A stretch of 64,000 nucleotides of DNA. Origin: a virus. This document shows, in pieces, positions 41,101 to 50,595 of the stretch. The notes beneath the pieces are model-generated. The model worked only from the letters and a program-made list of their open reading frames with translations, was not told the origin of the DNA and searched no databases. The stretch is from IMG/VR virus record IMGVR_UViG_3300031951_006582, positions 1 to 64,000 of that record, one strand, 5' to 3'. Position 1 is the first letter of the stretch. Each line of letters opens with the position of its first letter. The translations under genes were made by a program, and so were the position numbers.

Positions 41101-42012
41101 ATGGCACGTAAACCAAAGAATACTACTACTAAGAATGTTGCACCAAACGGCGAGGAACGCACAGTTCCCGTAGAAAAGGTGCAAGAAATCGCTGAACAGG
41201 CTGCACAGGAGCAAGCTCCGCAGGCTGGACAAGTTCAAGTTAACGTTGACTATCTCCGCACAACTAAGGTTCACATTGCGATGCCTTGCTACGGCGGTAT
41301 GTTGACAGAATCAACGTTCATGTCATTCATCAAGTGGGCTAACACTGCCCGTCAGCTTGGTATTGACTGGACACTAGAAACAATGGTTAATGAATCATTG
41401 ATTAGCCGCGCAAGAAACACACTAACTGCTAAGTTTCTTGACATGCCCGACGCAACACACTTATTCTTCGTTGATGCTGATATCGGTTGGGAACCCTGGC
41501 ATTTGCTAGTCCTCTTGAATAGGGACGTAGACGTTATCGGTGGTTTGTACCCAATGAAGACTATGCCCATCAAGTGGGTTGTTAACGGGTTTGAGGGTGC
41601 AGAAGAAGGCCCCGATGGACTTCAAGAAGTTTCAAAGGCAGGCACTGGATTCCTTCTTATGAAGAAGCATGTATTTGAGAAGATGAATAGTCACCCCGCG
41701 GTTAAGCAGTACAAGAACGATATCGGTCTTGATCCAAAGTATGACCAGCACTTGAAGACTTACTTCGACACTGCTGTTCGTCAGAATCGCTACTACAGTG
41801 AAGACTGGACATTCTGTGAAAACTGGAGAGATATCGGTGGTCGCATTTGGGTTGACAAGCGAGTTCTTCTCCGTCACTCAGGCTCATATGTATTCTGTCA
41901 GGAAAATCAACAGTACTTGATGGACAACATTGGACCTATGTATGTTCAGGAGCAAGCAGCAAAGGCAGCAGCCGAAGCCGCAGCACAGGAAGCTTCCCCG
42001 CCTAGTCAGTAA
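41101..42012 (+). CDS. GT-A fold glycosyltransferase-like protein
   Basis: IAMPCYGG, SLISRARN, FFVDADIGW (DxD), AGTGFLL, YSEDWTFC. Confidence 0.75.
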   Translation: MARKPKNTTTKNVAPNGEERTVPVEKVQEIAEQAAQEQAPQAGQVQVNVDYLRTTKVHIAMPCYGGMLTESTFMSFIKWANTARQLGIDWTLETMVNESLISRARNTLTAKFLDMPDATHLFFVDADIGWEPWHLLVLLNRDVDVIGGLYPMKTMPIKWVVNGFEGAEEGPDGLQEVSKAGTGFLLMKKHVFEKMNSHPAVKQYKNDIGLDPKYDQHLKTYFDTAVRQNRYYSEDWTFCENWRDIGGRIWVDKRVLLRHSGSYVFCQENQQYLMDNIGPMYVQEQAAKAAAEAAAQEASPPSQ

Positions 42013-42037
42013 TAGTTACTGACTAGTAGCGCAAACT

Positions 42038-42066
42038 AGGGGCCTCAGCAATGGGGCCCCCTTTTT
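42038..42066 (+). terminator. Rho-independent terminator
   Basis: AGGGGCCTCA-gcaa-TGGGGCCCCC-TTTTT; preceded by 11-bp perfect hairpin 42002-42026 over the stop codon. Confidence 0.8.
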
Positions 42067-42106
42067 GTTTAAGTGATAAATACTATATTACTATATAGGA
42101 TTACTC

Positions 42107-42733
42107 ATGAAAATTACAGATATCGTCACTGAAAGCACTACATCAGGCTCTATTGCTACAGTAGCAGCCCCTATGGCCACACAATCTCGCAACGCCAGCA
42201 TTTATGGCGGCAAGAAAGGCGGCGACTTATTGACTGGTAAGAAGACCAATAAGAAGTACGCTAACTCAGTAAACGAAAGCAAGATGAAAGAACTTGCTAT
42301 GGATATCAGAAACATGGATAATGGTAACTTCAAAAAGAAGTACGGAAAAGATAAAGAACACATGAAGTTGGCTTTGGGTGATCCTGATGCAAAGAAAACT
42401 GTTCAAGAAGCAGACTTACAAGAAGATGACTTAATCATTGTTCCTGGACAAGGTCGTAGCCGCAAGACTGGATTCATCAAGCACGGTGAGAGTCGCTTAG
42501 ACCACGAAGTTGAAATGGCTCGTAGTGACCTATTCAGTGCTGCTAAGAACGCAAAGCAAGTCTATGAACTAATTGCTGACCTATCAGAAGAAGAAGGTCT
42601 TGAAGGCTGGGTACAAGAAAAGATTATCAAAGCCAATGACTATCTAAACACTATTCGTGAGTATCTAGAAGGTAAGCAACTACAACAACATGAAATGACC
42701 GGCGGCGTCATTGCAGGTGGTGGCGTAGGTTAA
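42107..42733 (+). CDS. Putative internal head polyprotein (propeptide MKITDIVTE)
   Basis: Late promoter 42077; VNE, VQE, LQE junctions. Confidence 0.6.
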   Translation: MKITDIVTESTTSGSIATVAAPMATQSRNASIYGGKKGGDLLTGKKTNKKYANSVNESKMKELAMDIRNMDNGNFKKKYGKDKEHMKLALGDPDAKKTVQEADLQEDDLIIVPGQGRSRKTGFIKHGESRLDHEVEMARSDLFSAAKNAKQVYELIADLSEEEGLEGWVQEKIIKANDYLNTIREYLEGKQLQQHEMTGGVIAGGGVG

Positions 42734-43161
42734 TGCGTGATATCATCAACCTATTAGAAGCGGTTGAGAAGGGTTGCCCCCGTGCTACCCACGATATTGA
42801 CTTGAATCTTAAGAATCGTCAAACTGCAATTGATGAATATCTGTATGGCCCAGCTAATCCAAATAAGCCCGGTTCATACTGGAAAGATTTGAGCAAAGTA
42901 TTTAAAGTAGACGAAGCAACAGCAAAGTCTATGATGTGCGGAAACTGTGCTGCATTTGATGTAAGCGATAGTATGCGTGATTGTATTGCGAGTGGCATCA
43001 AGGGTGATGAAGATAATATTGACCCTAATGCTACTATTAATTTAAGTGATTTGGGTTATTGCAACTTCTTACACTTCAAATGTGCAGGAGGTCGTAGTTG
43101 CAAAGCTTGGGTAACCGGCGGACCAATCACTGAAAAAGATAAGAATAAGAAGGCTGACTAA
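42733..43161 (+). CDS. Cys-rich putative head protein (propeptide MRDIINLLE)
   Basis: CGNCAAFD, GYCNFLHFKCAGGRSCKAW. Confidence 0.6.
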   Translation: MRDIINLLEAVEKGCPRATHDIDLNLKNRQTAIDEYLYGPANPNKPGSYWKDLSKVFKVDEATAKSMMCGNCAAFDVSDSMRDCIASGIKGDEDNIDPNATINLSDLGYCNFLHFKCAGGRSCKAWVTGGPITEKDKNKKAD

Positions 43162-44436
43162 ATGAGTTCTATATTTGATGGCATTGGCGACGAAGGCGTA
43201 GAACAATTAGATGAAAATCTACGCAAGTGGTTCAAAGAGAAGTGGGTTCGTTTTGGTCCCGACGGCAAGATTCGTGGCGCTTGTGCAAGAGGTGATGACA
43301 GTGAAGGTAAGCCTAAGTGTCTCCCACAAAAGAAAGCACACAGTTTAGGTAAAAAAGGTCGTAAGTATGCTGCAAGTAAGAAGCGCAGAGAAGATCCAAA
43401 CCCAGAACGCAGAGGTAAGGCTAAGAACGTAGCTACTAAAAAGAAGTCAAACGAAGACATTCAAGTAAATGAAAAGTGGAGTCAGAAATACAAAGATAGT
43501 ATCAACTGCTCCAATCCAAAAGGCTTTAGCCAAAAAGCACATTGCGCTGGAAAGAAGAAGAACGAAGATATGTACGAAGAAACTAAGAAATGTCCAGAAT
43601 GCGGTGGTCCAATGTATCACGAATCAATGATGACTGAGAAGAAGGATGCTTGCTATCACAAAGTCAAGAGCCGCTATAAAGTCTGGCCTTCTGCATATGC
43701 TAGTGGTGCATTAGTTCAATGCCGTAAGAAAGGTGCAAGCAATTGGGGCACCGGTGGCAAGAAGAATGAGAGCAATATCATGAAGGGTATTGTTGATGAA
43801 GCCGGAAGCGTAATCATCGGTCATGACAAAGATGATCCTCAAGTTGCAGTTCTTGGTGGCGCTGGATCATATAGTCTTAGTAATCTCAAAAAGAAAGCAC
43901 AGATGGAAGCTAATGAATTAGCAAAAGATGTTAGTGAAGGTAAGTTTAAAAACTCATCATATAATGTTAAGCAACTTGCTAACACACTTGACACAATCGT
44001 TGCAGCCGAAGACGAAATGGAAAAACTTTATTTCGGTGAAGATTATACTGGTGAGTTCGCAGCAGAAGTAACTCCAGCAATCAATCCATATGGTGGTCTA
44101 AAAGATCGTAAACACAGAGGTGCCATCAGCGAAACTCCAACTGATAATCCTACTGGTGCTAGTGGTGAAGGTGGCTGGCGTAGAACAGACATTGAAGAAG
44201 AAGAACAGCTTGACGAAAAGTGCTGGAAGGGCTATAAAAAGCAAGGCATGAAAACGATGTTTGGTAAGAAATATCCAAACTGTGTCAAGAATACTAACGA
44301 AGAAGAACAGCTTGACGAAAAATGCTGGGACACTCATAAGCAAGTCGGTATGAAAAAGAAGGGCGATAGAATGGTCCCTAACTGCGTACCAAAAGAATCG
44401 GCTATCATGAGAGGCCTAAAGCGTGAGAGCAAGTGA
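43162..44436 (+). CDS. Polyprotein of short basic Cys-pair modules
   Basis: QLDE|NLRKWF, VNE|KWSQKYK, MTE|KKDAC, two tandem EEEQLDE|KCW...PNCV units. Confidence 0.65.
   Translation: MSSIFDGIGDEGVEQLDENLRKWFKEKWVRFGPDGKIRGACARGDDSEGKPKCLPQKKAHSLGKKGRKYAASKKRREDPNPERRGKAKNVATKKKSNEDIQVNEKWSQKYKDSINCSNPKGFSQKAHCAGKKKNEDMYEETKKCPECGGPMYHESMMTEKKDACYHKVKSRYKVWPSAYASGALVQCRKKGASNWGTGGKKNESNIMKGIVDEAGSVIIGHDKDDPQVAVLGGAGSYSLSNLKKKAQMEANELAKDVSEGKFKNSSYNVKQLANTLDTIVAAEDEMEKLYFGEDYTGEFAAEVTPAINPYGGLKDRKHRGAISETPTDNPTGASGEGGWRRTDIEEEEQLDEKCWKGYKKQGMKTMFGKKYPNCVKNTNEEEQLDEKCWDTHKQVGMKKKGDRMVPNCVPKESAIMRGLKRESK
44200..44400 (+). repeat. Tandem 102-nt duplication encoding EEQLDEKCW-x(17)-PNCV
   Basis: GAAGAACAGCTTGACGAAAA at 44200 and 44302. 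Confidence 0.8.
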
Positions 44437-45421
44437 GTTTCTACCCGAATCAGTAAGCACTGGTCAAGGTGGCGGTAGTGCAGGCGGTAATGGCGGTCAG
44501 ATGGTCGGTGGCCCTACTACCTACGAGCAAGAATATAATATGTTCAAGCGTAAGGGACAGCGTAGAATCACTGCGATGACTAACGAAGCACTTGATAGTT
44601 CATACGAGTATCGTAACAGTAAACAGAATCCCGGTACAGTATTTTACTTTGACGCAGACGACGGTACTGAGTATAAGGTTCAGTTCGGTAAATCAGGTAA
44701 AGCAGTAGAAGTTGCATTCTTTGCTAGAGGCGAAGGTGATGAGCATAAAATCGGCTTAACTGGTTCAGGTGATAGTAGAAAGATATTCGGAACTGTAATC
44801 AATATTGTTAAGGATTACATGGAAAAGAATAATCCAATGACATTATTATTTACGGCGAATAATAGTGAGCAAAGCAGAGTTAAATTATACAACATGTTGG
44901 CGAGTAAAGTTGATCAAGCATTACCTGATTATACATTCCAAGGTGCTTTTAACAACGGAAACTTCACACAGTTTAATATTATTCATAAAGATTCAGGCCG
45001 ATCAGTCGCATTAGACAAAGCAAAAGCCAAAGCAGGCAAAGCACTAGATAAAGTATTTGAAGATAAGATAACATTAAGCGATATCTATAAGAACAACTAT
45101 CCAGATCACGATGAAGTAATTTGGAACTATGTTGGTGATAGTGACTTTGACATACCGTTCACTATCCAAACTATTAACCCAAACAAGCTTAATATATATT
45201 TGACAAGCCAATACAGTATAGAACACATTGAAGAATTGTTTGATATGATGGATGAAGATCAAAAAGAAACAGTTGAACATTATGAAAATGATCCAACATT
45301 AAGTGATCAGATTATTGTAATGAGTGATGGTAGAATAATTGACGGCAATCATAGAGCATTGGCAGCAGTGTTATCCAACAGACCAATTAAATATATTGAT
45401 GTTAGTGAGGAAGAAGTATGA
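44423..45421 (+). CDS. Modular head protein (propeptide MRASEFLPE) with C-terminal ParB/Srx-like domain
   Basis: IIVMSDGRIIDGNHRALAA; junctions MTNE|AL and KVFE|DK. Confidence 0.65.
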   Translation: MRASEFLPESVSTGQGGGSAGGNGGQMVGGPTTYEQEYNMFKRKGQRRITAMTNEALDSSYEYRNSKQNPGTVFYFDADDGTEYKVQFGKSGKAVEVAFFARGEGDEHKIGLTGSGDSRKIFGTVINIVKDYMEKNNPMTLLFTANNSEQSRVKLYNMLASKVDQALPDYTFQGAFNNGNFTQFNIIHKDSGRSVALDKAKAKAGKALDKVFEDKITLSDIYKNNYPDHDEVIWNYVGDSDFDIPFTIQTINPNKLNIYLTSQYSIEHIEELFDMMDEDQKETVEHYENDPTLSDQIIVMSDGRIIDGNHRALAAVLSNRPIKYIDVSEEEV

Positions 45422-45573
45422 GTCATCTCAGAGATGTGAATAGAAGTTACTTTAAACATTTATATCACGCTTGGAAAGTTGCCTTTATACTAATAGTGCA
45501 TGGATTGTTCCCAAACATATGGGAAACTAAAGCCAGCGATAATCTTTGTCAGCATTCACATCCAAAACGATAA
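45418..45573 (+). CDS. Small protein, DUF6356-like (51 aa)
   Basis: MSHLRDVNRSYFKHLYHAW...IVHGLFPNIWETKAS; ATGA overlap. Confidence 0.55.
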   Translation: MSHLRDVNRSYFKHLYHAWKVAFILIVHGLFPNIWETKASDNLCQHSHPKR

Positions 45574-45594
45574 ATAGTTTATAGGACTATTAAT

Positions 45595-46038
45595 ATGCTC
45601 ACTGATACACTTAAAACACTTTTAGCCACAACTTATGCTTTGTCAATCAAGGCTCAGAACTTCCACTGGAATGTAGAAGGCCCTGACTTCCCTCAGTATC
45701 ACGATTTCTTCGGTAACTATTACGAAGAAGTATACGGCAACACGATTGACAAGTTGGCAGAAATCATTCGCCAGCTTGATTCATACACACCAGGAAGCAT
45801 CCTTCGCTATGCTGAGTTGAGTCAAATTGAAGATCAAACAAAGATTCCTCGTGCAATGCTTATGATGGAAGAACTTTATCACGATAATGCTATTGTGCTA
45901 GATATGTATAAGCAAGCGTTTCACGTAGCAAATGAGGCAGATGAGCAAGGAATCTGTGACTTCATTGCAGGTCGTATTGACGCACACGCTAAACATCAAT
46001 GGATGCTAAGAAGTATTCTTAAAACTGCGAGGGCGTAA
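45595..46038 (+). CDS. dps: Dps / ferritin-like DNA protection protein
   Basis: KAQNFHWNVEGPDFPQYHDFF, IDKLAEIIR, HAKHQWML. Confidence 0.92.
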   Translation: MLTDTLKTLLATTYALSIKAQNFHWNVEGPDFPQYHDFFGNYYEEVYGNTIDKLAEIIRQLDSYTPGSILRYAELSQIEDQTKIPRAMLMMEELYHDNAIVLDMYKQAFHVANEADEQGICDFIAGRIDAHAKHQWMLRSILKTARA

Positions 46039-47927
46039 TGTCCCCGAATGATATGCAGATGTTGATCAAATCATTACACCTGTTAGAACAAGAACCTGAA
46101 GTTCAGGAAAACTCGCCAGTGGTTGAAGACACTGCACAATCTGATAATAGAGATTATCTTCCAGCAATAGAAGAATTTTTATTCAATCTAGGTCCCGATG
46201 ACGTTGGTGTAGAGAAGTTTGGCCCATACACTGTACACTTTGAGGGATTCAGTGACTATTGCCAGCAAGACGCAAATGATCGTTGTTATTTGCCTAAAGA
46301 AGATCCTAGACACTTAGACAAATATGAAGACATATATGACGAGGTTCTACGAGACTTCATTAATCGTGAAGATGGCAAAATGCCAATTGATTCAGGATTG
46401 ACTGGCGACGAAGAATACCCTATCTATTACGCTATCTTTAAAGAAGAAGGCATTGTTGAAGCCAAAGAAAGTATTAAAGACCAAGTTGAAAAAGCCTATA
46501 TCCAAGATGGCGGAAACATTGATGACTATTTTGTAAGACACAGCAGAGTTGATAAGTTAGGATTTAGTCCAAAACAAATCTTTGCTCGTAGCCCTGATTT
46601 AGATCATCCTGCATATGATATTGATTATATTGGCAATAGTGTAGGTACTCCTGCACTTTGGTTCTATCCATTAAAATATTATTTACAATCTAAGGAATTA
46701 TTTGCTGAGAAATTGCCATATATATGGTTAGTAAAACTAAGACCAAATGCATGGCTACAACCTGTAGACAGGTTTACTAAAACAAAGAAAGAAGCCCCAC
46801 AAGGAAAAGAAAGAGTAGGCATACTTAAGAATACACTTACTCCAGCAGCAATCTTTTTCAAGCCTGCGTTTGATGTTGTAGATAAGTTCTATGACTATGG
46901 TGGTCAGCATAAGCGTCACGGCGAAGTCAAGGGTGCTCCAGTAGAAGAAGAAATCGCTTATCACGGTACAACAGATGATATAGCTGAGTTCTATCCACTC
47001 ACTCACTTTGGCACTGAGAAGGCTGCTAAAGATAGAATGACATTCAAGAAAATCAAAGATGGTAAAATCTATAAAGTAGATTTAGATATTAAGAATCCAT
47101 TAACTATTAAAGACTTTCCTGGCGTTCACTATGACAGATTATATGCTTTTGAATTGCGTGATAAGAAACTAATTAGTCAAAAAGAAATGGAAGCTATTAC
47201 TACTATTGAAGATAAGGCAGAATTACGAAAAGCATTATTAGCTAAATTAAAAGAATTAGGCTTTGATGGCTTTGTCTATAAGAATAGATACGAAGACAGA
47301 GGCAATCTTAGTTATGTAATAGTTGACCCTAGTCAAGTAAAAGTTCTCGGTGTTGAACCTGCTGCTGAAGAAGTCACTGAAGCAAGCCCAAATACACTTA
47401 AGGGTAGCTTTACTCCAGACTTAGTTGAGAGTAAGAAATGGTTAGCTAATATGTTGGCTAAGGGTCTTAAAGGCAAGAATGCTGGCACTATCTATGTATT
47501 AGGTAGCTGGTACGGCAATATGGGAATCTTCTTACACGAAGCAGATATCAAGTTTGACAAGTTAGTTTTGGTTGAGCCTAACGAAGAATGGTTGCGTCAA
47601 AGTAAAAAACTATTAGATACGTTTAATACTGAGGGCAAAATCGTATTTCTCAATCAAAAAGCAGAAGATGTTGTTTATGAAAAGCCAGGCGTAGTAATCA
47701 ACACAAGCTGCAACGAAACAGGCCCTATATTCTTGAATAAAGTTCCCGATAATATGCTATGTTTATTACAAGCAAGAAACAACAACGAGAATACATTATT
47801 CCCAACAGAAGATGAGGAAGACTTTGTAGACTATTTCCCACTTTCAAAGGTTTATTACACTGGCGATAAATATCTAGAAGACCCTGAAATTAATTATGTT
47901 CGTTATATGAAGATTGGTAGAAAATGA
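46038..47927 (+). CDS. Polyvalent protein: unknown modules + ADP-ribosyltransferase-like + SAM methyltransferase-like domains
   Basis: AYHGT..THFGT..LDIKNPL..GFDGFVYKN..SYVIVDPSQVK (ART); YVLGSWYG..INTSCNE..RYMKIG (MTase). Confidence 0.65.
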   Translation: MSPNDMQMLIKSLHLLEQEPEVQENSPVVEDTAQSDNRDYLPAIEEFLFNLGPDDVGVEKFGPYTVHFEGFSDYCQQDANDRCYLPKEDPRHLDKYEDIYDEVLRDFINREDGKMPIDSGLTGDEEYPIYYAIFKEEGIVEAKESIKDQVEKAYIQDGGNIDDYFVRHSRVDKLGFSPKQIFARSPDLDHPAYDIDYIGNSVGTPALWFYPLKYYLQSKELFAEKLPYIWLVKLRPNAWLQPVDRFTKTKKEAPQGKERVGILKNTLTPAAIFFKPAFDVVDKFYDYGGQHKRHGEVKGAPVEEEIAYHGTTDDIAEFYPLTHFGTEKAAKDRMTFKKIKDGKIYKVDLDIKNPLTIKDFPGVHYDRLYAFELRDKKLISQKEMEAITTIEDKAELRKALLAKLKELGFDGFVYKNRYEDRGNLSYVIVDPSQVKVLGVEPAAEEVTEASPNTLKGSFTPDLVESKKWLANMLAKGLKGKNAGTIYVLGSWYGNMGIFLHEADIKFDKLVLVEPNEEWLRQSKKLLDTFNTEGKIVFLNQKAEDVVYEKPGVVINTSCNETGPIFLNKVPDNMLCLLQARNNNENTLFPTEDEEDFVDYFPLSKVYYTGDKYLEDPEINYVRYMKIGRK

Positions 47928-50533
47928 GAGCAAAACAATTCGTACCTATTGTAGAAGCTCAGCAAGAGCTTTTTGAAGTAAATATGAGTCCCGGCAACTT
48001 GAAGAAGCTTGCTAGCGGGATTGATGCCTTAGTAGGTATTGAATTTGAAATGATGGTTCCCGACGTTGGTTCTGTAGATGACGAGGATAGAGAACCAGAA
48101 GAGGATATGGATTACGATGAAGAAGCATATGATATTGAAGATATCGCTCGCTTCTTTAATGACGGTGGCTATAATGATCGCAGTACAATCAGAGACTTAG
48201 AAGAAGAACTAAGAGAAAAATTCTATGAATGGATAAGTGAACAAATAGACGAAGAATGGAATAATGAAGGTAGACAATACTTTGCACAGTGGGTCAAGGA
48301 CAATATAGATCCTGATACTATTGCCGATCACGTAGACAAAGAAGAAGATTTATTTGGTAATAGAAATCCTGACGGATCAGACTGGGATCAGTTCATTGAA
48401 GATGAATGGGAAAAGAGCTTTGATAGCGGTAGTTACGAAAAGGCATACGATGAGTTCCGCGAAGAAAGACAAGATAGCGGCGACTTTGATGAAAGAGACT
48501 TTCTAAGAGGAATCGGCATTCGTTATATGTCCGATGTTAATGATCATGTGAGAGAGTATGTTGCCTGGCCGCACTATACCTATTCTGACGGTGACAGTGA
48601 AATGAACCTTGAGAGTTTAGCAGATGAATTCTCAGATGCAATTGGTCGCAAAGTTCACTACAGTACAGGTTATCACGGCGGACCAAGAACAAATGACGCA
48701 TATACTATTGAACCTGATAGCAGCTTGAGCGGATCAGGTGACGATGCTGGACTTGAGTTCATTAGTCCTCCATTGCCTATTGATGAAGCACTTGAAGATG
48801 TTAAAAAGATCAAAGAATGGGCTGATGATAAGGGCGCATATACTAACAGAACAACTGGTCTGCATATGAACGTTAGCGTTCCTGGATTTAATCAAGAAAA
48901 TCTAGACTTCGTTAAGCTGACATTGTTGCTTGGTGACAAGTATCTATTAGATAGATTTGGTCGTAGTGCAAATACTTACTGCAAGAGTGCTTTAGATATT
49001 ATTGAAGAAGCACCCAATGTACAGGATAAAGAACTTTTATTCAAGAGATTAAAAGACAATCTTGAAACTATAGCAAGTAAAGTCATTCACTCGGGTAGAG
49101 TAGGTAAGTTCACAAGTATCAACCCTAAAGACAATCGTGTTGAATTCAGAGGCCCGGGCGGTGATTGGCTTGGGCAAAACTTTGACAAGATTGAAGATAC
49201 ACTTTATCGTTGCGTAGTAGCACTTGATGCTGCGGTTGATCCTGACAAGTATCGTAAGGAATACTTGAAGAAGCTTACTAAGATGTTTGATCCTGCTAAG
49301 GGTTCATTAGAAGATGTGTTCGTGCAGTATGCAGCGGGTACTATCACTCGTCAAGAATTGAAGGAAAAGCTCAAGGCTACACAATCGCAAAGAAAGAAAG
49401 AAAAGCTTTCTAAAGAAGGCGTGGTTGAATTAGAATTCTATGAAGCACAGGACGGAGATTACATCATTGAATATGATAATCCAACTGGTGATAATCGCAG
49501 AATGTTCCTAAAGAAAACTGAACAAGTAAGTAATGATGATCAAGCATTAAAAGCTGCAATGAATATTGAGCCAAGCTGGTTCAAGCCAGATGACATTGAA
49601 AACATCGTTGTTACTGAGTATACAGGTAGAAAAGTATATAATGTGTTTGATAAGGAAGGTAATGTTGTTGGTACCTACAATGCAGTGACACCTTTACAAG
49701 CAATTGACATTACACTTAGCTACGATAATAGGCTACCTAAACAAGGATTGACTGCTAAGTTAGAAAGTGAGTCGCAGCCAGAACCACTTAGAATGGCTCC
49801 GGGTGAAACAGAGTTTGTTGTAGTGAATAATACGTTGGGTCAAAGAGTAAGCCTAGGTGCAAGAGATAGCGCAACTGCATTAAGCCGTGCATTGCGTAAC
49901 AACCCAAGCTGGGATTCATATGAGCATCTGATTAGAGTTCTCTCAGCAGAACCTCAAACCCAAGAGGAACCACAATATACCGGTTACCGTGTAGCTGGTT
50001 CAAATTCTGAAGAAATTATTGCTGCTAGATCACCTGGCGAAGCACAGCGTATTGCTATGCTACTATATCCTAACTTAGGTGATAACTTAAGTGTCTCTGC
50101 AACGACGATGAGTTCTGGCCTTGCCGCATCACGATACCAACGACATATGGAAGAGATAGCAAGAATGAATGACCGCTCAGCGGGAAGTTCAGAACCGAGA
50201 GAATTTTATGTTAGCAACAACAGATTTGGCGGTACAATTAGGGTTGAAGCCCCTGATGAGGCAGAAGCACTACACGCTGCTACTAGAGCCCGTCCTGAAT
50301 GGTCAATACGAGATTTGACAGCAACCGAAGTAGGCGGAAGATCAAATCAATCTAATAATGGATTGACAGCGGGACAGCCCGGCGAAGGTGAGCTTTATCA
50401 AGTTACAGATGTAGGCGACACCGGGGGCGTAGTCATTCGTGCAACTAGTCCAGAACATGCTATTGAACGAGCTAGACAAGCACATCGCATAGACCCCTCA
50501 AGAGAATTAGAAGCAAGGCTATATAACGGTTGA
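47924..50533 (+). CDS. Putative amidoligase (COOH-NH2 ligase) protein with propeptide and C-terminal repeats
   Basis: GIEFE, IEPDSSL, LEFISPP, TNRTTGLHMNV, VEFRGPGG; start MRAKQFVPIVE. Confidence 0.75.
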   Translation: MRAKQFVPIVEAQQELFEVNMSPGNLKKLASGIDALVGIEFEMMVPDVGSVDDEDREPEEDMDYDEEAYDIEDIARFFNDGGYNDRSTIRDLEEELREKFYEWISEQIDEEWNNEGRQYFAQWVKDNIDPDTIADHVDKEEDLFGNRNPDGSDWDQFIEDEWEKSFDSGSYEKAYDEFREERQDSGDFDERDFLRGIGIRYMSDVNDHVREYVAWPHYTYSDGDSEMNLESLADEFSDAIGRKVHYSTGYHGGPRTNDAYTIEPDSSLSGSGDDAGLEFISPPLPIDEALEDVKKIKEWADDKGAYTNRTTGLHMNVSVPGFNQENLDFVKLTLLLGDKYLLDRFGRSANTYCKSALDIIEEAPNVQDKELLFKRLKDNLETIASKVIHSGRVGKFTSINPKDNRVEFRGPGGDWLGQNFDKIEDTLYRCVVALDAAVDPDKYRKEYLKKLTKMFDPAKGSLEDVFVQYAAGTITRQELKEKLKATQSQRKKEKLSKEGVVELEFYEAQDGDYIIEYDNPTGDNRRMFLKKTEQVSNDDQALKAAMNIEPSWFKPDDIENIVVTEYTGRKVYNVFDKEGNVVGTYNAVTPLQAIDITLSYDNRLPKQGLTAKLESESQPEPLRMAPGETEFVVVNNTLGQRVSLGARDSATALSRALRNNPSWDSYEHLIRVLSAEPQTQEEPQYTGYRVAGSNSEEIIAARSPGEAQRIAMLLYPNLGDNLSVSATTMSSGLAASRYQRHMEEIARMNDRSAGSSEPREFYVSNNRFGGTIRVEAPDEAEALHAATRARPEWSIRDLTATEVGGRSNQSNNGLTAGQPGEGELYQVTDVGDTGGVVIRATSPEHAIERARQAHRIDPSRELEARLYNG

Positions 50534-50595
50534 CTTTGATTAGCCGATATGATAAAACAGTGATTCACTGATAAATACTACAAAGGTGATAGAAT

